Origin: Phoronis australis
Lineage: Eukaryota; Animalia; Phoronida
Length of the DNA stretch: 64,000 nucleotides
NCBI GenBank assembly: GCA_002633005.1
Contig: NMRA01000018.1
Span: 180,291 to 244,290, forward strand
Reading direction: 5' to 3'
The position numbers and the translations under genes were made by a program. This document shows positions 26,495 through 40,616 of the stretch, in pieces (the first letter of the stretch is position 1; every line of letters starts with the position of its first letter). The notes beneath the pieces are model-generated. The model saw only the letters and a program-made list of their open reading frames with translations. It searched no databases and had not been told where the DNA came from.

Positions 26495-27350
26495 NNNNNN
26501 NNNNNNNNNNNNNNNNNNNNNNNNNNNNNNNNNNNNNNNNNNNNNNNNNNNNNNNNNNNNNNNNNNNNNNNNNNNNNNNNNNNNNNNNNNNNNNNNNNNN
26601 NNNNNNNNNNNNNNNNNNNNNNNNNNNNNNNNNNNNNNNNNNNNNNNNNNNNNNNNNNNNNNNNNNNNNNNNNNNNNNNNNNNNNNNNNNNNNNNNNNNN
26701 NNNNNNNNNNNNNNNNNNNNNNNNNNNNNNNNNNNNNNNNNNNNNNNNNNNNNNNNNNNNNNNNNNNNNNNNNNNNNNNNNNNNNNNNNNNNNNNNNNNN
26801 NNNNNNNNNNNNNNNNNNNNNNNNNNNNNNNNNNNNNNNNNNNNNNNNNNNNNNNNNNNNNNNNNNNNNNNNNNNNNNNNNNNNNNNNNNNNNNNNNNNN
26901 NNNNNNNNNNNNNNNNNNNNNNNNNNNNNNNNNNNNNNNNNNNNNNNNNNNNNNNNNNNNNNNNNNNNNNNNNNNNNNNNNNNNNNNNNNNNNNNNNNNN
27001 NNNNNNNNNNNNNNNNNNNNNNNNNNNNNNNNNNNNNNNNNNNNNNNNNNNNNNNNNNNNNNNNNNNNNNNNNNNNNNNNNNNNNNNNNNNNNNNNNNNN
27101 NNNNNNNNNNNNNNNNNNNNNNNNNNNNNNNNNNNNNNNNNNNNNNNNNNNNNNNNNNNNNNNNNNNNNNNNNNNNNNNNNNNNNNNNNNNNNNNNNNNN
27201 NNNNNNNNNNNNNNNNNNNNNNNNNNNNNNNNNNNNNNNNNNNNNNNNNNNNNNNNNNNNNNNNNNNNNNNNNNNNNNNNNNNNNNNNNNNNNNNNNNNN
27301 NNNNNNNNNNNNNNNNNNNNNNNNNNNNNNNNNNNNNNNNNNNNNNNNNN
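26495..27350. other. Assembly gap (another at 23611-23758)
   Basis: N runs. Confidence 1.
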
Positions 27351-27643
27351 CGCACATTTCTTATTGGGAAAGCCAGATTTTCAAAAATTAATCGCTCAGA
27401 CCATTTGAGTCTCATTTACCTGCAATTATACTGCTATCAAATGACCGAGCCAGCATTGTTGATACTACGACCGCTCATCGAAATAATGTACACCCACGAA
27501 ATTCGGACACTAGCGGAAACCCAAATTTGGAGGTCCGCCAAATTCGGACACCACAAAATGATATTTCGCGAGATTCGTCCAAGAATGAATTTTTTCTATT
27601 GGAATTAATTTTCAGTGTCCGAAAATCACGCGACTTTACCGTA
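27351..27643. mobile_element. Right part of the same TA-targeting MITE family (left part in gap)
   Basis: Same terminus as 8050-8076; internal aaattcggacac repeats. Confidence 0.7.
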
Positions 27644-30600
27644 CACTATTGCATAGGTCTGTCAAATATAGCACGCCTAGGGAATTGACCAAGAGGTGGC
27701 TTGGGCCAGTGCATCCTTGCATCCTTACAGGGTGTGCATGTCACACTAATCCCACGGGTACTCCCATAGAAGTCGTTTACAAGAGGGCGACTATTTCAGC
27801 ACTAGATCCTCTACGAAAGGACATCTTATTAGGCAAAATTCCCTATGAAAAGGTGCCTTTTCTACCAAAAGTCCCTTCAACAGGGTACCTTTTTGGCAAA
27901 ATTGCTTTGGAAAAGATGCCATTTCTGGTAGAATTCCTTATGAAAGAGTGCCTTTTCCTACACAATTATCTCCAAGTAGATACTTTTATATGAGTTCGAA
28001 AGTCTACAAAAGGTTCCTTTACTAAGCTACACAAATCTACAGAAGTCCTTTCAATATTACCTGTAATAAACTATTGTGGCATATATCTGACAACACAGAA
28101 TCACTCTTAGTACAATTTTGGATTCAGTGGATTATAAATTCAGTTGTCCAAGAATCCCTACAAAGTTTTGTCTCACGGAATTAACACCTACATAGAAGGA
28201 GTGTTTCTGCAACAAACACTACAAAAGGGCAACTTTTTCGCGAAAGCTGCCCAAAGATGGGAGTCTGCCTTTTGAGTCCAGGTGCAACACCCACCCCCAC
28301 CTTTCAATACCGAGTTACCTGGCATCAAATCATAATTTCCCCTCGAGAAAAGTAAATGCCTCTGCGGCAGGGTGCGAGAGGGGTCGTAATTGTACCTGGA
28401 CTGAAACAGGCAAATGGGTACCAAGACCATATAAATCAGCGCAATACCTCATCAGTTTTGGACAAAAATAATTACATTTTATTATATTTCAAGGGCTTCA
28501 ACCATTGTTGTGAATACACACAACCTTTTCAAAATACTGCTGGTAGGTAAAGTAAAGAATTTAAATATGCCAAAGCTCCGTTTTGGTACTAATTAGGTCA
28601 TTTATGAAAACTAAGAAAGTAAAATTTCACATGTCCATCATACTGTGTTCTAAATTGGCGAGATTTTACCTATATCAGTATGCCGAGATAATTATTTCTC
28701 TCGGGAAATGCAATTTTGGCATCACACAAAAATTAACGGATCACTGTCAGGAGTGATATGCTAATAACATAACACGCTAATTGTAACTAGGGCCCTAATT
28801 ATACATCAATACACATGTACAAGCAAAGCCAGGTGTTTTTCACCTATCTTCTGTGTTGTAGCAGTGCTCTCATCAAAGATTTACAACAAAGTCCTCCATT
28901 AGTATAATTTGAAATTCATTCTTATGTTGATCATACAACATTATTACAAAATCTTGCCAATTTCGGACAAAAATAATTGTTAAAATATATCTTAATTTTT
29001 CAAAGGCGTCTAACAATGCAGTGAATGTCCAGCTTGTCAAAACATTGTGTGATGGTAGCCATGACAGAGAACTTGAAAATGACGAAGTATTTAGACGATC
29101 CTATACATGAAGCTCATGTGCATTTTATGAAAAAATGAATCTAAAAGTAAAACTTTAATCGTTTGCCATATTTTATCCTACATTTTACCATACCTGAAGA
29201 GTTATAAGTCAACCCACAGTCATACCATACAATTCTCCTTGTCTTAGTATTGTGTTGAGTTGCCTTGCGAGTTTCATAAAAAATTATCTGGTTGGCACGA
29301 CAATTTGTATGAAAGAGCATTTTTAAATCTAGGTACATATGAAGAAGTTCCCAAACATCAAATTTTAATCCAATTTGCTGATTAGATAAACCAAGGCTAA
29401 GAAAGGATTAGATTTTGTGGGAAGCACCTTTCAATACTTCACACCAAAGGCAATGCACTTAGTGTAGACACAATTAACCACTCAGACAAAACATCCTGTG
29501 AACACAAGTTTTAATAAAAACTGATGATGAAATATACCTTATAGTCTAATTAATTTCAGACTTCTAATTTCAATATGGTAACCAATTAAACAGCTCGCAA
29601 AAATGACTAATGAGATACCTCGCAGTTGCAATTTGATCTCACTGCGTTTTTTCTAATTTTCTACCAACTTCCACAACATTGGCACACTTACTGCTTTCTG
29701 TGCATAAAAAGATCCGGCTCTGAATCGCCTTATTCAACAGTTCTTCCCCTAGCCAACAAATCCACTTTTATTACCTGAGAAAGGTACAAGTACAGACCAG
29801 TTATATTGTCCCAAGTAGTTTAATTCAAAATTTACTGTTACTGAAATAGAAAATAATGGTGTTTTTAAAATGCATCCTGAACTTGTTCAAGCGAATATAA
29901 GTGATCTCTGACCACTGTTTGTTCTACAGAGATGATATAGACAGCCTTTCATATTTTAAGATTTGATTTTTATTTTCACAAGCCTGCTGCCTGCTCAGTT
30001 GGAATTTCAAGAATGTCTTTAAAATCTCAATGGTTTTAGATGTGTAAGGTTCAGTGCTTGCACACTGCCAAGGCAATGAGACCTCATCACTCACATGGCA
30101 TGTTAAGTTGACAGGGGGCAACCAATCATGACTTGGAAGTGACTATAGGTCACCATAGCACCACTTGTATACAGAAGCATATTTACTTTTGGCAAACACC
30201 ATCACTTGTCCATAAAATTTGTTTGTTACTTGGCAAAATGCAACGATTTTCCTGTATTACCTCTCGGCTTACTTCATGTGCCTGTGCTTTTATGTACCGT
30301 TGTATGTGTTTGACAGATCTTTCTATCTCAATATAGGGTAGCAATCCATCTATCTAGCACATCCTATAGAGTTAAAATGTCAATCGCCCCCACTGGTGGT
30401 TGAGCTATAGGTGCACTCGTCTTTTCGCGCATGATGACGTCATTCTGCTACAAAAATGCAATCGTCCAATAGATACCATAAGAATCAACCCACAAGACGA
30501 ATAAGTCACATCTATTTTGCTTGGGTAAGTTGTTCTATGTTAGGTATTTGGTTCATAGGTATGGTATGATGCATACGGTATGCTGCATACGCCAGAATCT

Positions 30601-32182
30601 AGATTTCTATCAGAATGACTCATCGCTCAGTTTTGTCTATACTTCAGTACAGTGTAGTGAGACATAAGAAGCATGCGCTATAGGATAGAATTTTGTGAGT
30701 TTATGCGACAAGACAACAATCGTGTCCCACTTTTCTGCAAAGTTTGGAAACCTGTAAGTGGTCTATGAAAAGTTAACTATTAGGTATATCATACCTGTCT
30801 CATAGAATTGATGGTTCCACAGTGGTGGTTTCATCATCGGAGCGGTGGCTAGCCAAACGCACCGCCAACTTGGGCAGGCCTTTTGCCATCTCAGGCATTG
30901 TCTTGGGCGAGTGCTATGGTTTTGGCCAATAGAAAGTGGGAATGTTGGTGAGAATGTTATAGCAAGATAGTTCATCATTCGGTACTGTCTCGATTGTCTG
31001 CATTCACGGATAACACTGCACAACACTAGTCTAGATTTTGAATTTCCTACAGCAGCTTTCTAGTCATTATATAAAATCAACCCACCCTGGTGTCGTCTCC
31101 AGAAGTTAACCATCTCTTAGTGTTTTTATTTTTTGGCGAAATGATATTTCACAACTTACTCCACCTTATCAAGGTAGGGTAACTTGTTCTAGCCTAACTT
31201 GCACCATATCTAATTCCTTTGTGGGCACAAACCTGGGGAATGGCAGAAGTAATTATCAGTACCGGTTGCATAAAGATGAGTTTTCCTTTGTGCCCCGTAT
31301 TCCTATCACAGACAACTTCCGCCTTATCCTACTTATTGGATGTGTGTGTGGATGCTCCACTTAAAAGTGGGGTAAGTTGCACTAGTGCAAGACTTACTGC
31401 TCTCTAGTTATTCAAGATTTAATGCTTGCATGAGTGTTCTTTCATTGCTTTCTAATTAATTGAGTTTTTGAGCCGTATCTTTTGCGCCCATTGATGGAAC
31501 ATCTGAAATTAGGTATATGAATAGATCGTTTCAAGCGGGTATCAGCATTGTCAAGCTCGTTTCTCCCTACGACTTACCGTTCTTGAGATATTCGAGATTC
31601 ACTGTTTAGGTGAATCGTGCAAGAGATCACATTTATCGTCGACACACTGTGTTTATCTATTCAACAGCACAAGGATTTTCCTTTCTGGGTGATAACAGAC
31701 GCAAGATAGTGCTATGATAGTCATTTTTTAATAATTTTGTAGAGCACCTCCCTATACACACACACTACACTTTCGCATCATTAAATCAACCCACTGGGGA
31801 AATTGGACCGATGGTTTTAGGAAAAAGTGATCGAAGGACATCACCGAAAGAGAACTGTTTTTTGCTAAGCAATGTTTTTTTTATCTCTCATGAAAGATAA
31901 TGATCAGTATGCAATTTAAAAGGTCACAAAACTATTTTTGAGTACAGTCACTAAAATACTGTTAAGGTCCTTTAACACACCGTCATTACACTGTTCACAT
32001 TTGTTAGCCTTGTGATCAAGGTGAAGATGTGACCAGGAAACCTGTGACACAATATGTCAAGAACAGAGAATTATAAAGGCAAAAAAATTTAACACAATAA
32101 ACACAAATAGGTAAGAAGTTATTATTTTTATACCCTATATGTTGGTCACATGCCGTGACCCTATAGTTAAGTCAGAAAAAAT

Positions 32183-32255
32183 ATGTGCCCCACCAGGATT
32201 CGAATCCGAGACTTTCTGCTAACCATACTCTGTGGTCCACTGAGCCATCCACCAG
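32183..32255 (-). mobile_element. tRNA-derived SINE head
   Basis: Minus strand: A box TGGCTCAGTGG, B box GGATTCGAATCC; no intact anticodon arm. Confidence 0.55.
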
Positions 32256-32829
32256 ACCAGTGGATTACAGAAATCCTAACAGACTCAATGGGCTAATCCA
32301 AACCTAGGAGTGTATATCAACCTGCTGAATGATAACAACACTATTATATAAACACAAAATTAATTCAAATCAGACATTTTGCACAACCATGATGGGTCTG
32401 AAAGCATGAAAGCTTGGTTTTAACAACCAAAATTTCACCTCTTAACGACAATTTTATTTGTCATAGGTGCTCAAGCCCAGGCTAAGAATAGTGCAGAATT
32501 TTCTGCATATTTTGAAGAGAAATTCAATAACACAAAATATTACCAGTTTTCACCACTCATGTGCCAAAATCAGTTAGAAAGAATATGAGGTATAATTATG
32601 ACTGCTAGGTACTTTTATCCCAGCCTCGACAGTGACCTTCACACACATCTTAAATTAGTTTTGTCATAAAAGCAATTAAGTCATTCAGCTAAAACAACTG
32701 TCAATAAACCAACCAGGAATTTGCGAATTTGCTGTGCCATTGTCTCATGACAACTCCGAAAATATGGAACAAAGATCAAGTAGGGCTTATGGCCAGCTTA
32801 CTGAGAAGTACGAAGCTTATTATATGGAA

Positions 32830-33691
32830 CTAGCTGTTATCTGTGCTTAAGCACGGGTAGTAGCTCGTATATAGGAAAAGCCACGGGGAAGTAGCTACAC
32901 CTTCAAGTGAACATTAGTTTTCAGCACAAGAGACAGGGATATTCCTTGAAGAGACCGTTTTATTTTAAAGCTTCTATCAGAATTTCTGTCAGATTTAGGC
33001 AGGGTGTGCAGCTGTGGAATTCTTTCTCCAGGCAGTAAAATATTTTTTCTTTCCAAAACATTTGACCCTGACGTAATATAATGTACGGTAATCAGTTATT
33101 ATTTAAAGTGAAAACTAAGGAAACATTAAAAGATACTGCCATTGTACACACAAAGTATACAAATGTATGTTTAAAAGTCACATCATAAAAGTACGTACTA
33201 AGGTAGAAAGCCAGCTAGCTGTATGAAGACTATCATCAACTTACACCTAGGTAGCTGTGTCTTGAGCTCCGTTAGACACCGAAACATCACACAACCTGGG
33301 TAACTCAGCTCGTCACCTAGTGAAACTTTCATCAACATGTAGAGCTAACGACCGGCGGGGGTCCATGCAGAATCTGTGAGAATTAACCGACATTCACCTT
33401 TTACTCAAGGAAAAGTTAAATTTTTAATGACATTAATTTTGGCGACGACAGGCCCAAAGAAGTTTGTATGCGACGGAAGCCAGAGAGAGTGAAATTAAGC
33501 CGACGGACTGATGCCACCCTCCCTCTGTGTCGGCACAAAAGGGCCCGCGAGAAAAAATAAAACACCTCGAATCTAAATAGAGGGCAGGTGCATTACCAGG
33601 TACCAAGGTGGTGCCAAAACGGGCGCACCAAAGGTCTGTAGTGGAGCGGGAGAGACTGAGTTTGTGTGAACGATGCATTTTATATAATAGA
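32830..33691 (-). mobile_element. Non-autonomous canonical Helitron
   Basis: Minus strand A|TCTATTATATAAAATGC ... CCCGTGCTTAAGCACAG hairpin, short spacer, CTAG|T. Inserted at an AT dinucleotide, no TSD. Confidence 0.85.
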
Positions 33692-35801
33692 TTACTCAAC
33701 TATTAACAGTTGAACATGCATTTTGAATGTGGTGTACAATGAAACAGAATTAAAGCTTGTGAAGAGCTTTGACAAAACCTAAAGTAAGTCATTGTTAACC
33801 AAAAAACACATGTAAAAGGAGTTTTTTACAGCGCTCTGAAACTAAGACAACAGATATAACAGATCGAGGATAATTTCAAACATAAACTCCAAATTTGTAT
33901 CTGTTTCTTTCAGAATTTCCACTGACTATAAAAAATTCCAATAGCAATAATTATTTACTAAAAGAATAATTTAGGGGAGTGAAACCTTTATCAATAGTAA
34001 TGACAATATAAAAAGTTTAGGTACTAATTCTTAACTGAAAATTAACCCAAAAACATGCCACCCCTTCCATAGTACTTCAATCATTCATTTTTTACCAACG
34101 CCACACAGTCCGTTTTCAAACTGTGTAACGCTTCACTGGCCTAGCTAGCAAGCGCATTCCACATGGGATTATTTAACAGTTGGGTAGACCACTTCACATG
34201 TTGACAAACAGCTGCAAAGGCCAACAATAAAGTTAGTTCAATACATCTCCTTTCATGCTCACAAACTATACATTGGATACCCTAAGCCTGAGACATGGGG
34301 ATACACCCCTATGAAAGGATGGATAACTTTTTTACAGGTAGAAGATCTCAACAGAGGAGTCCCTTTTAAGTCCTTACTCTCTCTTAAAGACAGCACTTTC
34401 AACTTACCGACTCATTTAATTAATGGATACGGGTGTACCTTCGCAAACAAAATACAACACAACATCTTAGTAGCTGGAAAAATAGGTACCTGAGACAATC
34501 TCAATTGATGAAAACCCGTATCACTTCCGCATACCCCACCACTTCCTACGTTTACCCACTCCAGAAGATACCAAAGGAAAAATACCCACCCAAGACAATA
34601 CTTAATACCTAGGAGGGCAAAGCAATTATATGCTGCATACGTCATGTAAAACCTTTTCTACGGGAGGTTTTCCCGGCCTCTAACAGCACAGTGCAACCTT
34701 GTAAAAATTATAGTCATGTACCCCCCTGGGATGAGAGCCGAAATGAATAAAACATCTTAACTTGCCAGCTAGCTAATCTCTGGCACTAACTAATTGGATG
34801 GAGATAGATGGAACATTAATGTGACCTATCTTGACAGGGTAAGTGGGTTTGCCTGGAAAGTGCAACCACTGTCAAGAAACATGATTCCTTTAAGTTCTCC
34901 CACACAGCCTTTCCAGAGAAATTTGTCAATGAAGTGTGGTGAATGAGAGTTAAAAGAGTCCAAGTGAAACACCACCTGTTCCTATTCTTAGAACTTGCAA
35001 AAAAATTAAAAAAACACGTTTTTACCATCAGAACTGATGAGATAAATTTTCAAATGGAAACTGGAGACTTTGGAACTAAACGAGCAAAATCAATTAGTCG
35101 AAAAACAATAGTCAAGCCTAGGTGGGAATTTAAACATCGATTTCCTCAAAACAAGCCAGACATTTGCCCCATGCAATAGCACCAAGCATGTGTTGACAGG
35201 ATTTATGTACAAAAGCAAGACTTTCAATAAACAATTCTTTCTGGGAAGTCCTCATTAGGTTCAACAGGTTTAAGTACAATCCCATTAGCTTAAGTAAACT
35301 TGTGGGCACTGCCTTAAAAACTTTGATGGTAAATAATATACGTATTTACTAATAACTGAGTTGCACATTATTTTGAATCAAAAGATCTGGAAACAGGTAT
35401 TAGCATTTCATCATATGATGTCAGAGAAGAAATGCGTTTAAAAATCGAGAAAACATTAGCAGTTCATAGAGTTTGACTTGATGAGTTTACAACTTAGTGC
35501 AAACTTCAAGTTCGGCATATTACATAAAAACTTGTTGTGCAGTCCCCACGGCTGGGACAATTAGCTGTAGACTATACTATAGCAGCAACTCACAGCTCTT
35601 GAAAAATCAAACTTGTGTAGTTTTGGAATGTTATTAATCAAAAATATATACAATCCACATTCCTTTAATGAAATGAACTAAACACAATCACTCAGGAATT
35701 GCTTTCAAAGTCAGTCACTTCCAATGCTCAGGGGACAAAAACAAGTCTCATGCATTTCTCAGATAAGAACAAAGAGACACAGTGTAAAAATAGTCACAAA
35801 C

Positions 35802-35930
35802 CCCTTGGTAGGCGACCAGTTCATCCTTTGATGGTCTGTGGTGGCCCGATGGCCGAGCTCCACACTGTGTAGACTGTAAAGGACGACCAGAGTTGATCAG
35901 GGCAACAGCTTCAAACTTGAACACAGACAT
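35802..35930 (-). CDS. Candidate alternative first coding exon (43 aa, MSVFKFEAVALINSGRP...ELVAYQG)
   Basis: GC-richer island in an AT-rich intron; good start context (caaccATG); donor GGG|gtttgt in phase 0, compatible with the 9284 acceptor. Confidence 0.4.
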
Positions 35931-36674
35931 GGTTGACAAGTACCCAGCCCACTCCAGACTAGTAGAACACTGGTCTGACTTGGAGCAGCTCCATAGAGCA
36001 AATGAACCACTCTGACTGAAATTACCGACACAGCCAACCTGTCAATTACCCAGAGTGCTTAGCTGTGTGCTAACAGAGAACAGCTCAGTGAGTGTTCTTG
36101 AAGGGTCCTGTCACAATGGCTTGGTGTTCCAAGTCGGTGGAAAAGAATTATAAGTTTTGCACTAGAGGGGATTCCCTGACCACCACTACACATGGAGTGC
36201 TGAATGGTTGTATAAATGAGCAATATTGATTACAGCCAATACTCAAGTAATATTTGAAAACAAAATTGATTTAGCAGATGTTTGTTTGTAAGGAGCCTGA
36301 CTAACTGGCCTGAGGGGGTGGGAGAGGGGGTACTAGCTAAAATGTAAACAGGTAAGTTGACTGACAACAAAAATGGGGTCAATCGATTTTTTTAATTTTG
36401 GCAGGTTGAATGCTGCTGAGACACAATTTCACTGTGTGTAAGGTTAAGAGCTTACAGGCAAAGCCATTCTATTGAACTGGTCCTAAACCTTTCCATTGAA
36501 AATAGCATAATAACTTAATGAAAAAATACTTGGATAAATTGCCACAAGTAAAGATGAGCTACTCAAATGCATAACAAGTTTTTCATCGACACTATAGATA
36601 TTGCTATCCTCTGTTAGAGTTAGAAAGGAAGAATAACCCTTCGAAGCAAATTCAAGAGTACACAGATACTATCA

Positions 36675-36831
36675 CCAGAGCTGGGTTGCATAAAACTTCA
36701 AAATTATCCATTGGATAAGTTTGATTGTTGCATGACGTCAGGTGCATTGTACAACAATAACAACGCGATGCGTGATAATGCGACGTCATTGTCGCTATAC
36801 AGCGTAAAACTTTTATGCAACTGGGCCCAGG
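36675..36831. mobile_element. Small MITE
   Basis: cagagctgggttgcataaaa ... ttttatgcaactgggcccag imperfect TIRs. Confidence 0.55.
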
Positions 36832-39039
36832 TATCTAAATCTCACTCAGCTCTAAAAGCTGACTTTCACACTGGCTAAATAATCTAAACTGAATTACCCC
36901 AATTTAGTCTTGTGGTCTTATTAACTGTGACAGGATTCTATTTCCTTACCAAGAAGAACCATCAAAACATCTCAAAATCTATTGTGGTTGGCAAACCCTA
37001 AAACGAAAAACGGCTAATGCACCCATTCCCTGTCGACTTCAATTGCAGGCTCATTCGGTAACAATTCAAGATTTACTAAATGTTGGCATGTTTTTAAACC
37101 CAAAATTAGATTGGTTAAGAATTCAGCATTGACAACTAAATAGCACCGAAATGCAGCTTTACCAAATTTAAGCATGCTGCTGATAAAAAATGTAAAAGGA
37201 ATTTAAGTGCAATTTAACCACATACTAATTCGCAATAAAGCTTAGACTACAATAATTGTAATGGCTCAATGGTAATGCATTGAGATCCACTGATTCTGTT
37301 GACTATGTAAGATCACAGTATTTTAATCAATTTAACAGAGCAACAATTTAAAATTTGTAGAGTCACAGATTTTATCTGACCTGTATTTTAAGTGCTTATC
37401 ACCGCAATTAACACCGATAAACAAATAGGAAGATTCTACAAAATTCGATTACACAAGGCTGAGTGGGCAGACTGGGCTGTAAAAGTTTTAAGAAAAGGTT
37501 TTGCGAGTGCTTTCTGACCTGGCAATATCATTTAAACGTTTTCCATCTCATTAATAGGTGTACTTTTCAATTGAAAAAAGTTACCACGTTTAAAGTTGTT
37601 CATTTTTCGTAAGTTGCCATGAATTAGGTGAAAATGGTAAAATGTTGAAATTTAGAGTTTGTGTGCAATGCATCATCCTTGATTGAAAATATTGTATCAA
37701 GCATTTGAATGGACACACGAAAATGATGTAGGTCATAGCTGACACATAAAACAAGCAAAATAGGTCGACATGGCAGTAGATAGAACATTTCTAAAAAAAC
37801 ACAACGCCACCTGGTGCTGGAATATAGAACTATGCTTCAACAGACTAAGTACCAGAAGTGTGGTATTTTTTAATAAAAAGCATGATAAAGCAGTATTTGT
37901 AGAGGAAATAATAGACAAGGCAGCACAAAAGAAAAGCTTCAATTCTGGACTACTTTTTGTCAACGTATACCAGACAAGCTCACCCCATGTCACAATGAGG
38001 ACATACCACAAGGCAATAGAAAGGTGCCAATTCAACACACAAATTTAACTTCGTCAAAGTCTAACCCACTTGTCCACCAACAGTTTCCTCCCCAGGCCAC
38101 TTACAGTCTTTCATTAACAATCAAAAGCAACTGTTACACTTTTAAAACAACTTGGTTGAGCCCTGCGAAAACAAGTGTTGTTATTCCGTGTTCATTGAGA
38201 CGTGCAAGAGGGCAAACTTGGGCATTTATCAACACTTGTGAGATAATTGGAGTTTTAATTTGTACCCCCTAAATTGCTCATTTTCAGTCACTAGCAATGG
38301 CCCACTATTTCAATAATGTACAAAAGATGTAACGAAAAGTGCTTAAAAGTTGGTTTTCATAAACTTAACGAATTATTGGCACATTTTAATCATTCATACA
38401 AGTGGTGGTGCTCATGGCAAAATGTTTTCAGCGATATTCTGATTAGAAGACACATCAAACAACCTAAATTAATTATGTTGTGCACACAATGATACAAAAT
38501 ATCAATTATGCGTACAGACAGGGTTGGAAATATTGTGGAAAAAAAGTCAAACCATGGAGTCATACCTCGTTCCAATGGTATCCAGTCACCCAGAACATAA
38601 TGTTATTCAGATTTTATTCTTAAATGTTGGTTAATAACTAAGATAACGGATAATATAATTCTGGTTACACTGCTGCCAAACAAGTTAGAGATACCCTTTG
38701 GCCTTCATTTATGTTCAAATCAGTATAAAATGAATTTTAGTGCAAACCAGCTTCAAATGGTGCCCTTTCCACAGGACACCTTTTTTCAAAATAAACAACA
38801 AATGTTTGCAATTCTAAACCAATATGAATATTTTTTTCAAGATGCTTGGAGGCACTGCGAAAAATACTCTGACACCTGTTATGCATGCAAACACATTTTT
38901 ATTGTGTGCCTTTTCATTATCATATTTAAGTTCAACAACATCAGTATCTTGGGAATAAGCATTTCAACATACTTTTTATCTATAAGACAAAGATTTCTTA
39001 CTCTGGTACCTGCAGTGGGTGTCCAATCCGAATCTACCA

Positions 39040-39700
39040 TTGGGACCAGAAATGGGTTTCAGACCAAAATTTAACACACAAGGACCAAGAATTTCATAGC
39101 ATCAGCACCGAACATTTAATCCTTCAGGACCGAAAATTTAATTCTTCAGGACCAAAAATTTAATTCAGGACCAAAAATTTAATACTTCAGGACCAAAATT
39201 AAACACGCCAGAACCAAAAATTTATTACACCAGAAAATTTTCATGCCAAGAGACCACGTCACCATCTTGTGGATGGTCACGTGGTTTCTTGGAAGTGATA
39301 ACGTCGCTATAAGGTGCATAAGGGCTAAGCGTTCAACCAGTGTCTTGTCGATGACAGTGACAGTTGAATTTCTTTTAAATCTTCCACACTTAACAACTGA
39401 AGCCCATGTACACTTGGCCTTTGGACACATTAGACTTGAATACGACTGAGTATTAAAGAGATACAATGGATCGTCATTGTTGGATAGTGGATGGTCATGT
39501 GATCTCCAGGCCTGAAAATTTTCTGTCCTGGCATGATATAATTTCTGTCCTGGCACAATAATTTTGGATACTGACATTTTGAATTTTGGTCATGACGTGA
39601 CGAATTACAAGTCCTGTTGTGAAAAATTCTAGTTTTAAGTTGTTTTTTTGGTCCTCTAGATTTTAATTCTTGAAGAGAAAATATTAGTTCTGGAATTTTT
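39040..39700. mobile_element. Foldback element with arms built of ~21-bp tandem repeats
   Basis: caggaccaaaaatttaattctt-type units at 39040-39245; degenerate inverse units (aaattt..gtcctg) at 39510-39700. Confidence 0.65.
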
Positions 39701-40616
39701 TCTGCTTTGAGTTTCCATGCACTCAGCTGAGAAACATGTTACCAGTTTGAAAACTATGTCAATCATACAATGCGTTTTTATTGAATCGGACATGTGGCAA
39801 TCCAAGGCCAAACATTTCATCAAACTAATTCTCTGTTTTCCACGCAATTTGAGAAATTATAAGCTTTTTAGCTAGTTAACGCCATCCACATCAACGTTTC
39901 CAAGTGAAAATTTTAGAAAATTAATTTCACACCCTAACAGACCATTCAAGGTATCAGCAAGTAAAGAAAAGTGCTAAAATTCATCATCTGAATATATGGA
40001 ATGCCAGGCAGCTCTTCCAAACATGATTAGGGCTCAATTCTATTCATTTGCATTGGTACCATGTCAGTTTATGTTGATGGGTGAAACCAGATGCTACAAA
40101 GAAGAGTCAAGTCCAGGCTCGATTAATTTCATGGTTCGTGTTTTTTTTTGATGTTCAGACGGCAACACAGCTGATGGTCATCCATTTTATATTCACACTT
40201 CAGCTCCTACAAAAAATGTGTTTTAACCTTCAACAAACAAGGCTTTTGTGGCCAGACTTTCTAGCAACTCAGCATAAATTGCCAACAGGTAGGTAATAAT
40301 TTCCCAGACAAATTTACCCTCAGTGTTTACAAGAATCCAGTATTTGAGCAGCAAACCATCCCTAGGGCCAGACACCAGTTACATAATCAAATTACACCAG
40401 CCTGAAATGACCAAGATAAACACCCCAGGGAGCTTCAACTGGGTTACTGCCAGTGTGAAATTGAAATGGGGAGAGCTCAGCAGGGTGACTCTTTAAAACC
40501 CATAGTTTTCCTGCTAAGAAGTGCATTTCCGGCAAAATTCTTTCCAACAGAGTTCACTATAAGAGACCAAAACTCTACAAAAGGTTCACTTATAATGTAA
40601 ACATGTGTTTTCAATA

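Larger units (their letters stand above)
25679..28102 (+). repeat. ~460-bp duplicate (25679-26139 / 27642-28102) flanking a gap; contains an interspersed element with ~33-bp internal periodicity
   Basis: Near-identical copies; repeated aaag(g)g(t/c)(a/g)ccttt units from ~25850 to 26060. Confidence 0.8.

Noticed and set aside
26378-27608. Long ORFs of 300-400 aa
   Set aside because: Artefacts of translating through the N gap.
30763-31026. Minus-strand ORF with a strong donor (CAG|gtatga, ~30795) as another cyclase exon
   Set aside because: The open frame ends in phase 1, incompatible with the phase-0 acceptor at 9284; the phase-0 frame has a nearby stop.
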